Shown here: positions 1 to 10,029 of the stretch, piece after piece
Layout: each line of letters opens with the position of its first letter
Position numbering within the stretch: the stretch's first letter is position 1
Origin: Bacteroidota bacterium
Lineage (GTDB): Bacteria; Bacteroidota; Bacteroidia; Bacteroidales; Dysgonomonadaceae
Assembly: GCA_023424395.1 (NCBI GenBank)
Contig: JAFADY010000037.1
Coordinates: forward strand, 1,647-65,646
DNA: 64,000 bases
Direction of reading: 5' to 3'
Made by a program: the position numbers and the translations under genes
The notes under the pieces: generated by a model
What the model saw: only the letters and a program-made list of their open reading frames with translations
The model's database searches: none
Told to the model about the DNA's origin: nothing

Positions 1-16
1 TCTCGCATATTTTAAT

Positions 17-24
17 TAAATTTG
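17..24 (+). promoter_or_regulatory. Bacteroidota -7 promoter box (TAAATTTG) upstream of glyA
   Basis: Matches the TAnnTTTG consensus and lies 37 nt upstream of the ATG at 61. Confidence 0.5.
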
Positions 25-60
25 CGCCACATTTTCTATAATCCCGTAATAAATACAAAA

Positions 61-1341
61 ATGAAAAGAGATTCCCAAATTTTCGACATTATCGAAAAAG
101 AAAAACAACGACAACTCAAAGGTATCGAGCTTATTGCATCAGAAAATTTCGTGAGCGGACAAGTAATGGAAGCCATGGGCTCCGTGCTTACGAACAAATA
201 CGCCGAAGGATACCCGGGAAGGCGTTACTACGGCGGATGCGAAATGGTAGATCTTAGCGAGCAATTGGCCATAGACCGCTTGAAAAAATTGTTCGGCGCC
301 GAATGGGCCAACGTTCAGCCCCACTCCGGCGCGCAAGCCAACGCGGCTGTTTTTCTTGCTTGTTTAAAAGCGGGGGATAAATTTCTGGGGTTGAATCTTT
401 CGCACGGCGGACATTTATCGCACGGCTCACCGGTAAATTTTTCGGGTTTGATGTTCGAAGCCTTGGAATACAACGTTCGCGAGGACACCGAGCAAGTGGA
501 TTACGACCAATTAGAAGCGGTAGCCCGCGCAGAAAATCCGAAACTGATCATCGCCGGCGCTTCCGCTTATTCGCGTGAATGGGATTATGCCCGCATCCGA
601 AAAGTAGCCGATGAGATCGGCGCCATTTTTATGGTGGATATGGCGCATCCGGCAGGGCTTATCGCCGTTGATTTGCTCGAAAACCCGCTTAAATACGCGC
701 ACATTGTTACCTCAACCACCCACAAAACGCTTCGTGGCCCTCGTGGCGGCGTAATTCTTATAGGAAAAGATTTTGAAAATCCTTGGGGATTGAAAACTCC
801 GAAAGGAGAAGTAAAAATGATGTCTGCCCTACTCGATTCGGCGGTTTTTCCCGGTATGCAAGGCGGCCCGCTGGAACACGTTATCGCGGCCAAAGCCGTT
901 TCTTTTGGTGAAGCGCTTGAACCGGAATACAAAACCTATCAAACCCAGGTAAAGAAAAACGCATCCGTAATGGCACAAGCCTTTATGGATAAAGGATATA
1001 AAGTTATTTCGGGCGGTACGGACAACCACATTGTCTTGGTGGATTTGCGCACTAAATTCCCTAACCTGTCCGGCAAACTTGCCGAAAAAGTGTTGGTGGA
1101 AGCCGATATTACCACCAACAAAAACATGGTTCCTTTCGACAGCCGGAGCCCTTTCCATACTTCGGGATTGAGATTCGGAACTCCCGCTATCACCACGCGC
1201 GGAGCGAAAGAAGATTTTATGGGCGAAATTGTGGAAATGATCGATTCCGTTCTCTCGGATGTGGAAAACGAGAAAAATATCAGCACGGTAAAAGAAAAAG
1301 TAAACGCTACAATGAAAAACTATCCGTTGTTTGCTTGGTAA
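61..1341 (+). CDS. glyA: serine hydroxymethyltransferase
   Basis: ORF 22..1341. The internal ATG at 61 gives [26 protein letters not shown] and the PLP-lysine motif [12 protein letters not shown] are present. Confidence 0.95.
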   Translation: MKRDSQIFDIIEKEKQRQLKGIELIASENFVSGQVMEAMGSVLTNKYAEGYPGRRYYGGCEMVDLSEQLAIDRLKKLFGAEWANVQPHSGAQANAAVFLACLKAGDKFLGLNLSHGGHLSHGSPVNFSGLMFEALEYNVREDTEQVDYDQLEAVARAENPKLIIAGASAYSREWDYARIRKVADEIGAIFMVDMAHPAGLIAVDLLENPLKYAHIVTSTTHKTLRGPRGGVILIGKDFENPWGLKTPKGEVKMMSALLDSAVFPGMQGGPLEHVIAAKAVSFGEALEPEYKTYQTQVKKNASVMAQAFMDKGYKVISGGTDNHIVLVDLRTKFPNLSGKLAEKVLVEADITTNKNMVPFDSRSPFHTSGLRFGTPAITTRGAKEDFMGEIVEMIDSVLSDVENEKNISTVKEKVNATMKNYPLFAW

Positions 1342-1394
1342 TAATATTTCAGAATAAACGAGGGTGTATCAAAAGTATCACACCTGTTGCATTT

Positions 1395-1475
1395 TGTCAT
1401 TCTGAACGAAGTGAAGAATCTGTTTGCTAAAAGTTTTAGATACTTCATTCCGCTAAAGCTCCATTCAGTATGACA
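1395..1475. repeat. imperfect inverted-repeat (MITE/REP-like) intergenic element
   Basis: The left arm TGTCATTCTGAACGAAGTGAAGAATCT (1395-1421) faces a degenerate reverse-complement arm ending ...CATTCAGTATGACA (1438-1475). The TGTCATTCTGAACGAAGTGAAGAATC motif is a dispersed repeat I recognise from Bacteroidota intergenic DNA. Confidence 0.45.
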
Positions 1476-1512
1476 ATTTGATTATAAATTTTCACTTATG
1501 ATACAGGCTCAT

Positions 1513-2412
1513 TTATTTCTTTCTCAAAATATACAAAAGCGAACTGCTTTTCTCTTTGTTCTGCCATGAAGCAAAAAGCGTTTTCATTCCCGACAAAAAT
1601 CCTTTGAAGAACGGGAGCGAAGTGCCTTTGTATTTTTCGCTCATCAGCGAAATATAAAACCCGTCGAAATGGAAAGGTTTGGTTTCAAACACTTCAAAAC
1701 CGTGTTTGTGTGCCAATAACTTTAAGTGTTCAGGTGCGAAGTGCCACAAGTGGCGAGGGACATCGTAGGCCGCCCAAAACTGCCGGTATTTGTCCGCATC
1801 GGAAGAATTACGGTTGGGAACGGCAACAAAAAGTGAGCCGTCATGGGCCAATAATTCGTGAAATTTCTGCATCGATCCGTTCAGGTCTTCCAAATGCTCC
1901 AAAACATGCCATAGGGTTATAGCATCAAATTTATCATTTTCGGTATAAGATTCCAATGACGGAAAAACATTCACCTCAAATTGATCTTTTGCAAAATCGC
2001 GGGCGGAATCGTTCTTCTCTATCCCCACTACATTCCATCCTCTTTTTTGCATCAGCGCCGCGAAATATCCTGTGCCACAGCCCACATCCATCAATTCGGT
2101 GCCGGAGGCTTTCGTGTTTTTCTCCACCCACAAGGCTTTTTCTTTCAGCATAAACTCTCTCACAAAGTGATAAAGTTTGTTCACGAATCCTTCGTTTGTA
2201 TCGCTGTGCGAAATATAATCGTCGGCTTCGTAATAAGCATCGATATTTTTCCCTATCGGAAAATCTTTCGTTAGCCTAAAACCACAATTGGTGCATTGTA
2301 TAATGTTGAATTTTTCCTTGCTAACAAAGTGATCCGTGCAAGAAAAAACATGTTCGAATTCGCTGTTCGAACAAATGAGGCACTGAAAACCGATTCCTTC
2401 CGCCATCATCAA
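1513..2412 (-). CDS. class I SAM-dependent methyltransferase with N-terminal Zn-ribbon
   Basis: N-terminal CLIC...CTNC cysteine pairs. SAM motif I is LMDVGCGTGYF. The start overlaps the stop of the upstream gene (ATGA). Confidence 0.8.
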   Translation of the reverse strand: MMMAEGIGFQCLICSNSEFEHVFSCTDHFVSKEKFNIIQCTNCGFRLTKDFPIGKNIDAYYEADDYISHSDTNEGFVNKLYHFVREFMLKEKALWVEKNTKASGTELMDVGCGTGYFAALMQKRGWNVVGIEKNDSARDFAKDQFEVNVFPSLESYTENDKFDAITLWHVLEHLEDLNGSMQKFHELLAHDGSLFVAVPNRNSSDADKYRQFWAAYDVPRHLWHFAPEHLKLLAHKHGFEVFETKPFHFDGFYISLMSEKYKGTSLPFFKGFLSGMKTLFASWQNKEKSSSLLYILRKK

Positions 2413-3617
2413 AAATCACGAACTTTTTTGCGTCCGCCCATTCCCCACGAAAGGGTAATACAATGCTGAAACCCATCCATATGCGTTATTTTCTGCTCGT
2501 ATTTGGGCATCCTGTATGAATAACGAAGGCTTAATCTTCCCGGAATATCCGTAGAAAAATTGTTTCCGGAAGTTCTATATTTGAAATCAATACCGATACC
2601 GGCTTGCGTAAATACGGAATTTAATTTCATATTCTTTAGCTGCGGATTTTCTTCGCTGTCATTTTCTGCAGCGCTAAATTCTTGATAGCCTATACCGAAA
2701 AATGGATAAACACTCCATTTGGGGGTGCTCAAAACTTCGTAGCCTCCATTCAAAAAAATGTTGCCGATGGTTGCGTGCTTACCGTTTTCCCAAACGGTAT
2801 TATTTATTTCGATATCTTTGGTGAGTGATTGCGCCGAAAAACCTGCTCCCAAAGCTCCGATAAACCGATTGTATCTTGCCTCGTACGAAATTTCCAGATA
2901 AAAACCATCGTTCAGATAATCGTTCAATTCGCCCCTGTGAAGAATGGCTCCGATACCTACATCAAAATATTGCGCCCATTTAGACTCTCTGAACTCAAAG
3001 CGGATGGTTTCGCGAACCAATTTAACGTAATCGCTATCGGGGTGTTTTGTCAGAAAATCGTTCGCCATTTGGTTTATTCGCTGCGTTTCCTCCGATTCTA
3101 CGTCAATTGTGCCTTGCTCTGTGTATGTTCTGAGTATATCGTTGAGTTGAAGTATCAAAAAATCTTTATCTACTTCGTTTAAGGAACTGTTTCTTATGGA
3201 GATTTCGGTTACATCTTTATTCATTGCATTCTTCTCCCGAAGGGTTTTAAAAAGATTATCCAACGGGGCCAGCACCCTGACTGAATAAGAAACCGGCGTT
3301 TCAAAATCAACTTGTTTCATAAAATCGGTTAACTCATTAAATTCTTCGGTGAGATAAAGCAAATGGATGTATTCAATGGGATAAAAAATTTCAAAAATAT
3401 TTTGTGCATTATCTTCCAACAGAAAATTCTTGACTTCTTTTGCTTTTATAAAGTCTCCTTCTTGAAGGGTTTCCGTCAATAATCGACGTCCTTTATCCAA
3501 AACATAATGCTTGGAATCTTCATAATTTAAAATTTCCCTTCTGATATCTTCCTGACCGAAACTAACCAGAGGAATGACAAAAAGCGAAATTAAACCGATA
3601 ATAAATTTCGTTTTCAT
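2409..3617 (-). CDS. hypothetical outer-membrane protein (signal peptide, helical N-domain, beta-barrel-like C-domain)
   Basis: Signal peptide MKTKFIIGLISLFVIPLVSFGQ. The C-terminal half has alternating aromatic/Gly-rich beta-strand patterns and ends in F. Confidence 0.5.
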   Translation of the reverse strand: MKTKFIIGLISLFVIPLVSFGQEDIRREILNYEDSKHYVLDKGRRLLTETLQEGDFIKAKEVKNFLLEDNAQNIFEIFYPIEYIHLLYLTEEFNELTDFMKQVDFETPVSYSVRVLAPLDNLFKTLREKNAMNKDVTEISIRNSSLNEVDKDFLILQLNDILRTYTEQGTIDVESEETQRINQMANDFLTKHPDSDYVKLVRETIRFEFRESKWAQYFDVGIGAILHRGELNDYLNDGFYLEISYEARYNRFIGALGAGFSAQSLTKDIEINNTVWENGKHATIGNIFLNGGYEVLSTPKWSVYPFFGIGYQEFSAAENDSEENPQLKNMKLNSVFTQAGIGIDFKYRTSGNNFSTDIPGRLSLRYSYRMPKYEQKITHMDGFQHCITLSWGMGGRKKVRDF

Positions 3618-3626
3618 AATAGTATT

Positions 3627-6146
3627 CTATGAATTGTGTTCAGTAACTGTTCGTTTGTTTTTGATTTTTTTATAGACAAGCCATCCTGCGGTGAGAAGCA
3701 TAATTAATAAGGAAATATAAGCAACGGTATCTGTTACTTTTATGCTTGTTGGCTCGAAACGGAACTCAACGGTGTGTTTTCCTGCCGGAATCGCCAACGC
3801 GCGAAGCGTGTAATTCGCCCGCAACATTTCCGCCGGTTGCCCGTCTATGGTAATTTGCCAGCCTTTTGGGTAATAGATTTCGGAAAAAACAGCGAGTTCA
3901 TCTTTTTTGGCATCTACAGCGTACTTCACGAAATCAGAGTCGTAATCCGAAAGATAAATGGTGGAAGCGGAATCTATGGGAGAAACCTTAAATCCGAATA
4001 AAACAGGTTCAAATTTCCTGTCGGCAACCGCTTGGGTGTGCAAATTGAGCGAGGCAAGCGCATCGATTTCCTCATCTGCATTATCCACAAAACGAATATC
4101 ATCTACAAACCAAGCATTTCCCATCGCGTGCGGATTTTCGATAGGAACAGCTCCATTTTGCGTGGGCATAATTAACCACTTGGTATTTAACAAATTCAGC
4201 ACTTTAAATCCATCAGCGCTCACAGAATCCATCACGCCTTGCGACTGAACGATATTTTCTTGCAAATTGACCATTTCTTTAGTCAAGTGTACATCGATAA
4301 GGTCTTGATAACGGCGCAACTTAGCCGCATGATATCCACCAATAACTTTGTGATAATATGGCGTGACGCCGTCGTTGAATGTGCTTGCAGCCATATTCAG
4401 AACGCGGTAATATTGGGTGGTATCTTGCAATATATACTCATCGGCGGGAGATTTTGCAAACATCTGCTGTTGACTGTATTTCGATACAAAATCGTCATCG
4501 TTCAGGTAACGTTTGTTCACGCTCCACATATCGGCCAGGCAAAGAAGCGCAATTCCGGCTACCATCCACATAGCTTTTATTTTTCCGTACATAAATGCCA
4601 ACAACAACAAAACGCCTCCCAAAATTATATAAAAACTTCTCCACGCATCAGCAGTAAAAATGGCAACGCGCATATCGCTCAAATTATCCATGACCGCCCT
4701 CACATGTTCTGCGGGAAGCGATTGCAAAGCTTGCATTTCGGAAGAAGAAATAAAGGAAGAGAAGAATAATTTGGGCATCAGCCAAAAAAGCAGCGCAATG
4801 CCGCCGGTCAAACCCCAACTGATAGCCAAATATTTTACATTATTTTTCAGCAAACCCGGCTTTTGAACTATTTCCTTAACCGTGAGCGCTGCCAATAAAG
4901 GAATACAAAATTCAGCAACCACTAAAATGGAAGAAACTGCGCGAAACTTGTTATACATGGGTACATGATCGATAAAAAAATCCGTGAGCGGCATAAAATT
5001 TTTGCCCCATGACAATAAAACCGAGAAAACAGCTCCTGCCAGAAGCGCCCATTTTACAGGTCCTTTCACAATAAAAAGGCCCAAAATAAAAAGCGTTAAA
5101 ACAAATGCGCCCACATACACCGGACCCGATGTTCCGGGCTGTTCACCCCAATATTGCCCTATTTGGGTATATAATTCACGATATTCGGGACGGGCTTTCC
5201 CCATGGCTTTCTTGTTCTCGGCAATAGGCGCGGAAGCGCCGCCTTTGGCGTTGGGAATAAGTAACGACCATGTTTCTCCTTTGCCGTAGCTCCAAGCGGT
5301 GATGTAATCGCGCTCCAATCCGTTGTCGCTTTTATTGGCATCGCCATGATGCGATAATTCCGATTTTCCGCGCATCGTTTCCTTCGAGTATTCCCAAGTA
5401 TGATAAAGATTGCTTGCGTTTGCCAAAACACCGATCAATCCGGCCACCAAGATCACAGCCGTTGACTTAAAAAAATCGGGAAGTTCTTTTTTCTTCAGCG
5501 CATCCACAAAAAAAGCGACAACCAAAAAGAACATCACAAACAAAAAGTAATAGCTCATTTGTATATGATTGGACGAAATTTGAAACGCTACGAAAATCAT
5601 GATCAGCAACCCACCCAACAAATACCTTTTCCTGTAAACGTAAACCAACCCGGCAATTGTGGGCGGAATATAAGCCAAAGTAACAAATTTCCAGATGTGC
5701 CCGGCGGCAATTATGATAAAGAAATAGGAAGAAAATGCCCACACAATTGCCCCAAAAGCGCTAACCAACGGCGATGCGTTAAAAGAACGCATCAGGATAT
5801 AAAAGCCCAGTAGCATAATGAAAACCAAAAACACATAATTCGGCAAAAAGAGCGAGTACGCTTTTTGCACGAAGGTCAGCGGTTTTGAGGAATCGTATGT
5901 AGGGCTCATCTGATACGATGGCATTCCGCTAAACATCGATAAATTCCATCGGGTGCGTTCACCATCGTGACGAGACATATAATCACGCTGTTCCTGTCCT
6001 TGGCCGATGGCGGCCAGCGAATCGTGCTGAGAAATAACGCGCCCATCGAGAACCGCAGGTACAAAATAGATAAACGAAATAAGAATAAACGCCGCTATGA
6101 CGAAAATATCGGGAAGAAATTTCTTGAAGTTTTCGGATTTTTGCAT
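3627..6146 (-). CDS. YfhO family membrane protein (putative glycosyltransferase)
   Basis: ORF 3627..6239. The internal ATG at 6146 (MQKSENFKKFLPDIFVIAAF) sits downstream of a -7 box. About 13 TM segments are followed by a large C-terminal extracytoplasmic domain and a terminal TM, which is typical YfhO architecture. Confidence 0.75.
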   Translation of the reverse strand: MQKSENFKKFLPDIFVIAAFILISFIYFVPAVLDGRVISQHDSLAAIGQGQEQRDYMSRHDGERTRWNLSMFSGMPSYQMSPTYDSSKPLTFVQKAYSLFLPNYVFLVFIMLLGFYILMRSFNASPLVSAFGAIVWAFSSYFFIIIAAGHIWKFVTLAYIPPTIAGLVYVYRKRYLLGGLLIMIFVAFQISSNHIQMSYYFLFVMFFLVVAFFVDALKKKELPDFFKSTAVILVAGLIGVLANASNLYHTWEYSKETMRGKSELSHHGDANKSDNGLERDYITAWSYGKGETWSLLIPNAKGGASAPIAENKKAMGKARPEYRELYTQIGQYWGEQPGTSGPVYVGAFVLTLFILGLFIVKGPVKWALLAGAVFSVLLSWGKNFMPLTDFFIDHVPMYNKFRAVSSILVVAEFCIPLLAALTVKEIVQKPGLLKNNVKYLAISWGLTGGIALLFWLMPKLFFSSFISSSEMQALQSLPAEHVRAVMDNLSDMRVAIFTADAWRSFYIILGGVLLLLAFMYGKIKAMWMVAGIALLCLADMWSVNKRYLNDDDFVSKYSQQQMFAKSPADEYILQDTTQYYRVLNMAASTFNDGVTPYYHKVIGGYHAAKLRRYQDLIDVHLTKEMVNLQENIVQSQGVMDSVSADGFKVLNLLNTKWLIMPTQNGAVPIENPHAMGNAWFVDDIRFVDNADEEIDALASLNLHTQAVADRKFEPVLFGFKVSPIDSASTIYLSDYDSDFVKYAVDAKKDELAVFSEIYYPKGWQITIDGQPAEMLRANYTLRALAIPAGKHTVEFRFEPTSIKVTDTVAYISLLIMLLTAGWLVYKKIKNKRTVTEHNS

Positions 6147-6178
6147 CGTGAAATTTGATTTTCGGATTTTATAAACCG

Positions 6179-6186
6179 CAAATTTA
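6179..6186 (-). promoter_or_regulatory. -7 promoter box (TAAATTTG on minus strand) for the YfhO operon
   Basis: Plus-strand CAAATTTA lies 33 nt upstream of the ATG at 6146. It falls inside the longer ORF-track extension, which argues for the shorter start. Confidence 0.5.
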
Positions 6187-6280
6187 CAGAATAAAGTCGA
6201 AAAGACTTTCAATTCACCGCAAATAAAACAGCGAAGCAATTTCGGCTTCGCTGTTCTTAACGTTTATTTATTATGAATTA

Positions 6281-6856
6281 TCAGAATCTTTTACCTATAG
6301 TTATTCCCATCCGCGGATAGGCGCCATCGTTCACAAAATCGCGTCCGCCACCAATTAAAAATTCGCCAACCCAATTATTTGCGCTTACATATTTCCAACC
6401 CACACCAAGTCCTAATCCCGCGCCGAACTCGCCATCGGAGCTCGATGTTACCTGCGTATAATCGTCGTAATAAACAATTTCCTTCTCATATCTGGTATTA
6501 AAAACTCCGCCATTTGCCTCAATAAAAAATCCGGCGCCGTATTTTTGAAGCGAATTTGAATTTCCTCCAAAAAACCAGCGAAAATACGGTATGATCCCGA
6601 AATTTAAAGGATATTCATCAGAAGTAAGGTTTATTCCCGCTGAAACTCCCACGCTAATATCTTCTTTCAAGATTCGTTCGTAAGAAACTTCAGGGTATGC
6701 CGTAAAAATAGCGGTTCCTAAATTCAGTTTCACCTCATTTAATTTAGAAGGCGCGTCTTTTGCGAGATGCCAACCCATAAAGCTTCGCGTACGTTGTTGA
6801 GAAAAAGCTGAAAAGCTGATGATTAGCGCCGCTAAAAGAATAATGGATTTTTTCAT
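6281..6856 (-). CDS. small outer-membrane beta-barrel protein
   Basis: Signal peptide MKKSIILLAALIISFSAFSQ. Gly/aromatic-rich alternating strands with a C-terminal F. Confidence 0.55.
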   Translation of the reverse strand: MKKSIILLAALIISFSAFSQQRTRSFMGWHLAKDAPSKLNEVKLNLGTAIFTAYPEVSYERILKEDISVGVSAGINLTSDEYPLNFGIIPYFRWFFGGNSNSLQKYGAGFFIEANGGVFNTRYEKEIVYYDDYTQVTSSSDGEFGAGLGLGVGWKYVSANNWVGEFLIGGGRDFVNDGAYPRMGITIGKRF

Positions 6857-6956
6857 AAAATTGCGTTTTTTGTTCGTAATTGATGTTTATATTGTATAGA
6901 TGCAGAAATGGAAAAAACGCTGCACGTAGTTATGTTAAAAAAATGAAAACTTCTAT

Positions 6957-9026
6957 TTAATTTACCATACTTCCCGGCAACACTTCTTTCGACGGCTCAA
7001 TCAACGACAATGAGCCATCGGCATTTTCAGCCGATAGAATCATTCCTTCCGACATAATGCCGCGCAATTTACGCGGTTCGAGATTGGCGATAAAACACAC
7101 CTGCTTGCCCACCAACTCTTGGGGATTGGGATAAAATTCGGCAATACCCGATAAAATGGTGCGTTTGTTAAGTCCATCGTCGAGCAGAAATCGGAGTAGT
7201 TTATCTGCCTTCGGCACTTTTTCACATTCCAGAACGGTTCCCACGCGGATGTCGAGTTTGCCGAAATCATCGTAAACAATACTGCCTTTTATCGGAGTTA
7301 CGTCCCCCCTCTCTTGCGGAGAGGGGTCGGGGGAGAGGCCGGCTTCATTGGCTTTTTTCGTATCCAGCAGTTTTTGTACCTGTTTTTCGATGGTTTCGTC
7401 TTCGATTTTTTCGAAAAGGAGTTCTGCTTGTCCCAATTTATGCCCTTCGGGCAATAGGTCGAAATTACCTATTTGTTCCCAATCGAATTTCGCGGTGTTA
7501 AGGAAGGAGTAAATTTTCTGCGTAGAGAAAGGCAAAAACGGTTCACACACGATAGCCAGATTCGCCACCATTTGCAACGACAAATTCAAGATGGTAGCCG
7601 TACGGCTCATATCGGTTTTAGCCGTTTTCCACGGTTCGGTGTCGGCTAAGTATTTGTTGCCGATGCGGGCAAGGTTCATCGCCTCTTTTTGCGCTTCGCG
7701 GAAGTGATACGTTTCGAGATTGTACTCCACGGCTTGTTTCACCTGTTTGGCTTCGGCAATGGTTTCTTTGTCGTAATCGGTTAGTTCGCCAAGCGCAGGG
7801 ACGTTGTTGTCGAAATATTTCTGCGTGAGCACTAACGCGCGGTTGATGAAGTTCCCGAGCACGGCAACCAATTCGTTGTTGTTGCGCGCCTGAAAGTCTT
7901 TCCACGTAAAGTCGTTGTCTTTGGTTTCGGGCGCGTTTGCCGTGAGCGCGTAGCGCAAAACGTCCTGTTTGCCCGGAAATTCTTCCAGATATTCGTGGAG
8001 CCACACCGCCCAGTTACGCGAAGTGGATATTTTGTCGTTTTCGAGGTTCAAAAATTCGTTTGCCGGAACGTTTTCGGGCAAAATATAGGAGCCTTCGGCT
8101 TTGAGCATCGCCGGAAAAACGATACAATGGAAAACAATGTTGTCTTTCCCGATGAAATGGACTAATTTGGTGTCTTCGTCTTTCCACCATTTTTCCCAAT
8201 CATTGGGCAACAATTCTTTTGTGTTGGAAATATACCCGATGGGCGCGTCGAACCACACATAAAGTACTTTTCCTTCGCCGCCTTCCACGGGAACGGGCAC
8301 GCCCCAGTCGAGGTCGCGGCTCACAGCGCGCGGTTGCAGTCCAAGGTCGAGCCACGATTTACATTGTCCGTACACGTTCGATTTCCACTCTTTGTGATCT
8401 TCCAGGATCCATTGGCGCAGCCACGCTTCGTGTTTGTCGAGCGGCAAGTACCAATGTTTGGTTTTGCGCATAACGGGCACGCTACCGCTAAGGGTTGATT
8501 TCGGGTTAATTAAATCCGTGGGGCTGAGCGATGTTCCGCAATGCTCGCATTGGTCGCCGTAGGCTTTATCGTTGTGGCAATGGGGACACTCGCCGGTAAT
8601 ATAGCGATCGGCAAGAAATTGACCGGCTTCTTCGTCGTAATATTGTTCGCTTTCAATTTCCTGAAAATCACCTTTTTCGTAAAGTTTCAAAAAGAAATCC
8701 GATGCCGTTTTCTTGTGAATATCCGATGTGGTACGCGAATAAATATCGAACGAAATTCCGAACTCCTCAAACGATTTTTTGATGATATTGTGGTATCTGT
8801 CCACGATATCCTGAGGCGTAACGCCTTCTTTACGAGCGCGGATGGTAATAGGAATTCCGTGTTCGTCCGAACCACCGATGAAAAGGGTTTCTTTGCCTTT
8901 CAGGCGGGAATATCTTGCGTAAATATCGGCGGGAATATAAGCTCCGGCCAAGTGTCCGAGGTGAAGGGGCCCGTTTGCATACGGTAATGCCGATGTGATG
9001 AGCGTGCGTTTGAATTGTTTTGACAT
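6957..9026 (-). CDS. metG: methionine--tRNA ligase
   Basis: Start at the internal ATG ([25 protein letters not shown]). Contains the HIGH-type motif HLGH, the zinc knuckle [18 protein letters not shown], and the C-terminal tRNA-binding domain [20 protein letters not shown]. Confidence 0.95.
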   Translation of the reverse strand: MSKQFKRTLITSALPYANGPLHLGHLAGAYIPADIYARYSRLKGKETLFIGGSDEHGIPITIRARKEGVTPQDIVDRYHNIIKKSFEEFGISFDIYSRTTSDIHKKTASDFFLKLYEKGDFQEIESEQYYDEEAGQFLADRYITGECPHCHNDKAYGDQCEHCGTSLSPTDLINPKSTLSGSVPVMRKTKHWYLPLDKHEAWLRQWILEDHKEWKSNVYGQCKSWLDLGLQPRAVSRDLDWGVPVPVEGGEGKVLYVWFDAPIGYISNTKELLPNDWEKWWKDEDTKLVHFIGKDNIVFHCIVFPAMLKAEGSYILPENVPANEFLNLENDKISTSRNWAVWLHEYLEEFPGKQDVLRYALTANAPETKDNDFTWKDFQARNNNELVAVLGNFINRALVLTQKYFDNNVPALGELTDYDKETIAEAKQVKQAVEYNLETYHFREAQKEAMNLARIGNKYLADTEPWKTAKTDMSRTATILNLSLQMVANLAIVCEPFLPFSTQKIYSFLNTAKFDWEQIGNFDLLPEGHKLGQAELLFEKIEDETIEKQVQKLLDTKKANEAGLSPDPSPQERGDVTPIKGSIVYDDFGKLDIRVGTVLECEKVPKADKLLRFLLDDGLNKRTILSGIAEFYPNPQELVGKQVCFIANLEPRKLRGIMSEGMILSAENADGSLSLIEPSKEVLPGSMVN

Positions 9027-9082
9027 ATTTGAGTTGTGTGGTATGTGGTTTGCGTTATGTGGACACAAACCAAATTGAAGCG

Positions 9083-9090
9083 CAAAGTTA
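9083..9090 (-). promoter_or_regulatory. -7 promoter box (TAACTTTG on minus strand) for metG
   Basis: Plus-strand CAAAGTTA lies upstream of the metG start. Confidence 0.45.
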
Positions 9091-9157
9091 CTAAAAATTG
9101 CTGTTTGTTGAAGGAAACAACCTTGCTTTTTAGTTGTTATACAAGAAAAACAGTTTT

Positions 9158-9946
9158 ATGAATTTCAATATAAAAGGAAAAACCGCTATTATCGGCGGGA
9201 GCAGTAAGGGATTGGGAAAAGCGTGCGCCGTTGCGTTGGCGCGCGAAAGCGTGAACATTGTTTTGCTCGCCCGTGACGAAGAAGCGTTGCTGAAAACTAA
9301 AGCGGAAATTGGAGGATTAGGTGTTGAGGTGCTGGCGTTATCGGTAGATATGGCCTCGGCTGAAGATAACCGACGGATTGTGGACGAGACCATCCGTAAA
9401 TTCGGACGAATTGATATTCTCGTGAATAATTCCGGTGGCCCGAAACCGGGAACGTTTCGCGATATTTCGGAAAATGATTTGGACGATGCTTATAACTCCG
9501 TACTGAAATACAATATCAGAATGATACAGAGTTGTTTGCCGCACATGGAAAAGAACGGTTGGGGGAGAATTGTGAATATAACGTCGATTTCGGTGAAAGA
9601 GCCGATTCCGAACCTGATTTTGTCGAATATTTTCCGTTCGGCGGTGGTAAGTTTTGCCAAAAGCATCAGTAAAGAACTTATTTCCAAAGGGATTACAATC
9701 AATAACGTTGCTCCCGGATATTTCAAAACCGATCGGGTAACACAATTAATGAAAGCCCGCTCTGAAGCCGAAGGCATTTCGATGGATGAATACGAACAGA
9801 AAGCTATTCAGGATTTTCCGAACAAACGGTATATGGATCCGCAGGAATTAGGCGATTTGGTGTGTTTCTTGTGCTCCGAAAGCGCGAAATCGATAAACGG
9901 AGCAACAATTCCCATTGATGGGGGAATGTTGAGTGGGTTGTTGTAA
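9158..9946 (+). CDS. SDR family oxidoreductase (atypical, FabG-like)
   Basis: ATG at 9158 (the ORF-track start at 9134 is TTG). Rossmann motif GGSSKGLG, NNSGG, and VAPGYFKTD. By hand alignment, the canonical YxxxK position reads S-NIF-R. Confidence 0.8.
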   Translation: MNFNIKGKTAIIGGSSKGLGKACAVALARESVNIVLLARDEEALLKTKAEIGGLGVEVLALSVDMASAEDNRRIVDETIRKFGRIDILVNNSGGPKPGTFRDISENDLDDAYNSVLKYNIRMIQSCLPHMEKNGWGRIVNITSISVKEPIPNLILSNIFRSAVVSFAKSISKELISKGITINNVAPGYFKTDRVTQLMKARSEAEGISMDEYEQKAIQDFPNKRYMDPQELGDLVCFLCSESAKSINGATIPIDGGMLSGLL

Positions 9947-10029
9947 AATCCACTTGCGAAGCTAAACTTAAATTTTTACTATCTTAAATTATAAATTCCT
10001 ATCTTTACCAATTAAAACTTCAATTCCTG

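Noticed and set aside
9027-9068. N-terminal extensions offered by the ORF track for metG (9068), YfhO (6239), dgt (61485), U32 peptidase (15098), glyA (22), SDR (9134) and the TPR/PD40 protein (30805).
   Set aside because: The internal ATGs give canonical family N-termini. In several cases a TAnnTTTG -7 box lies inside the extension, so the shorter starts were used.
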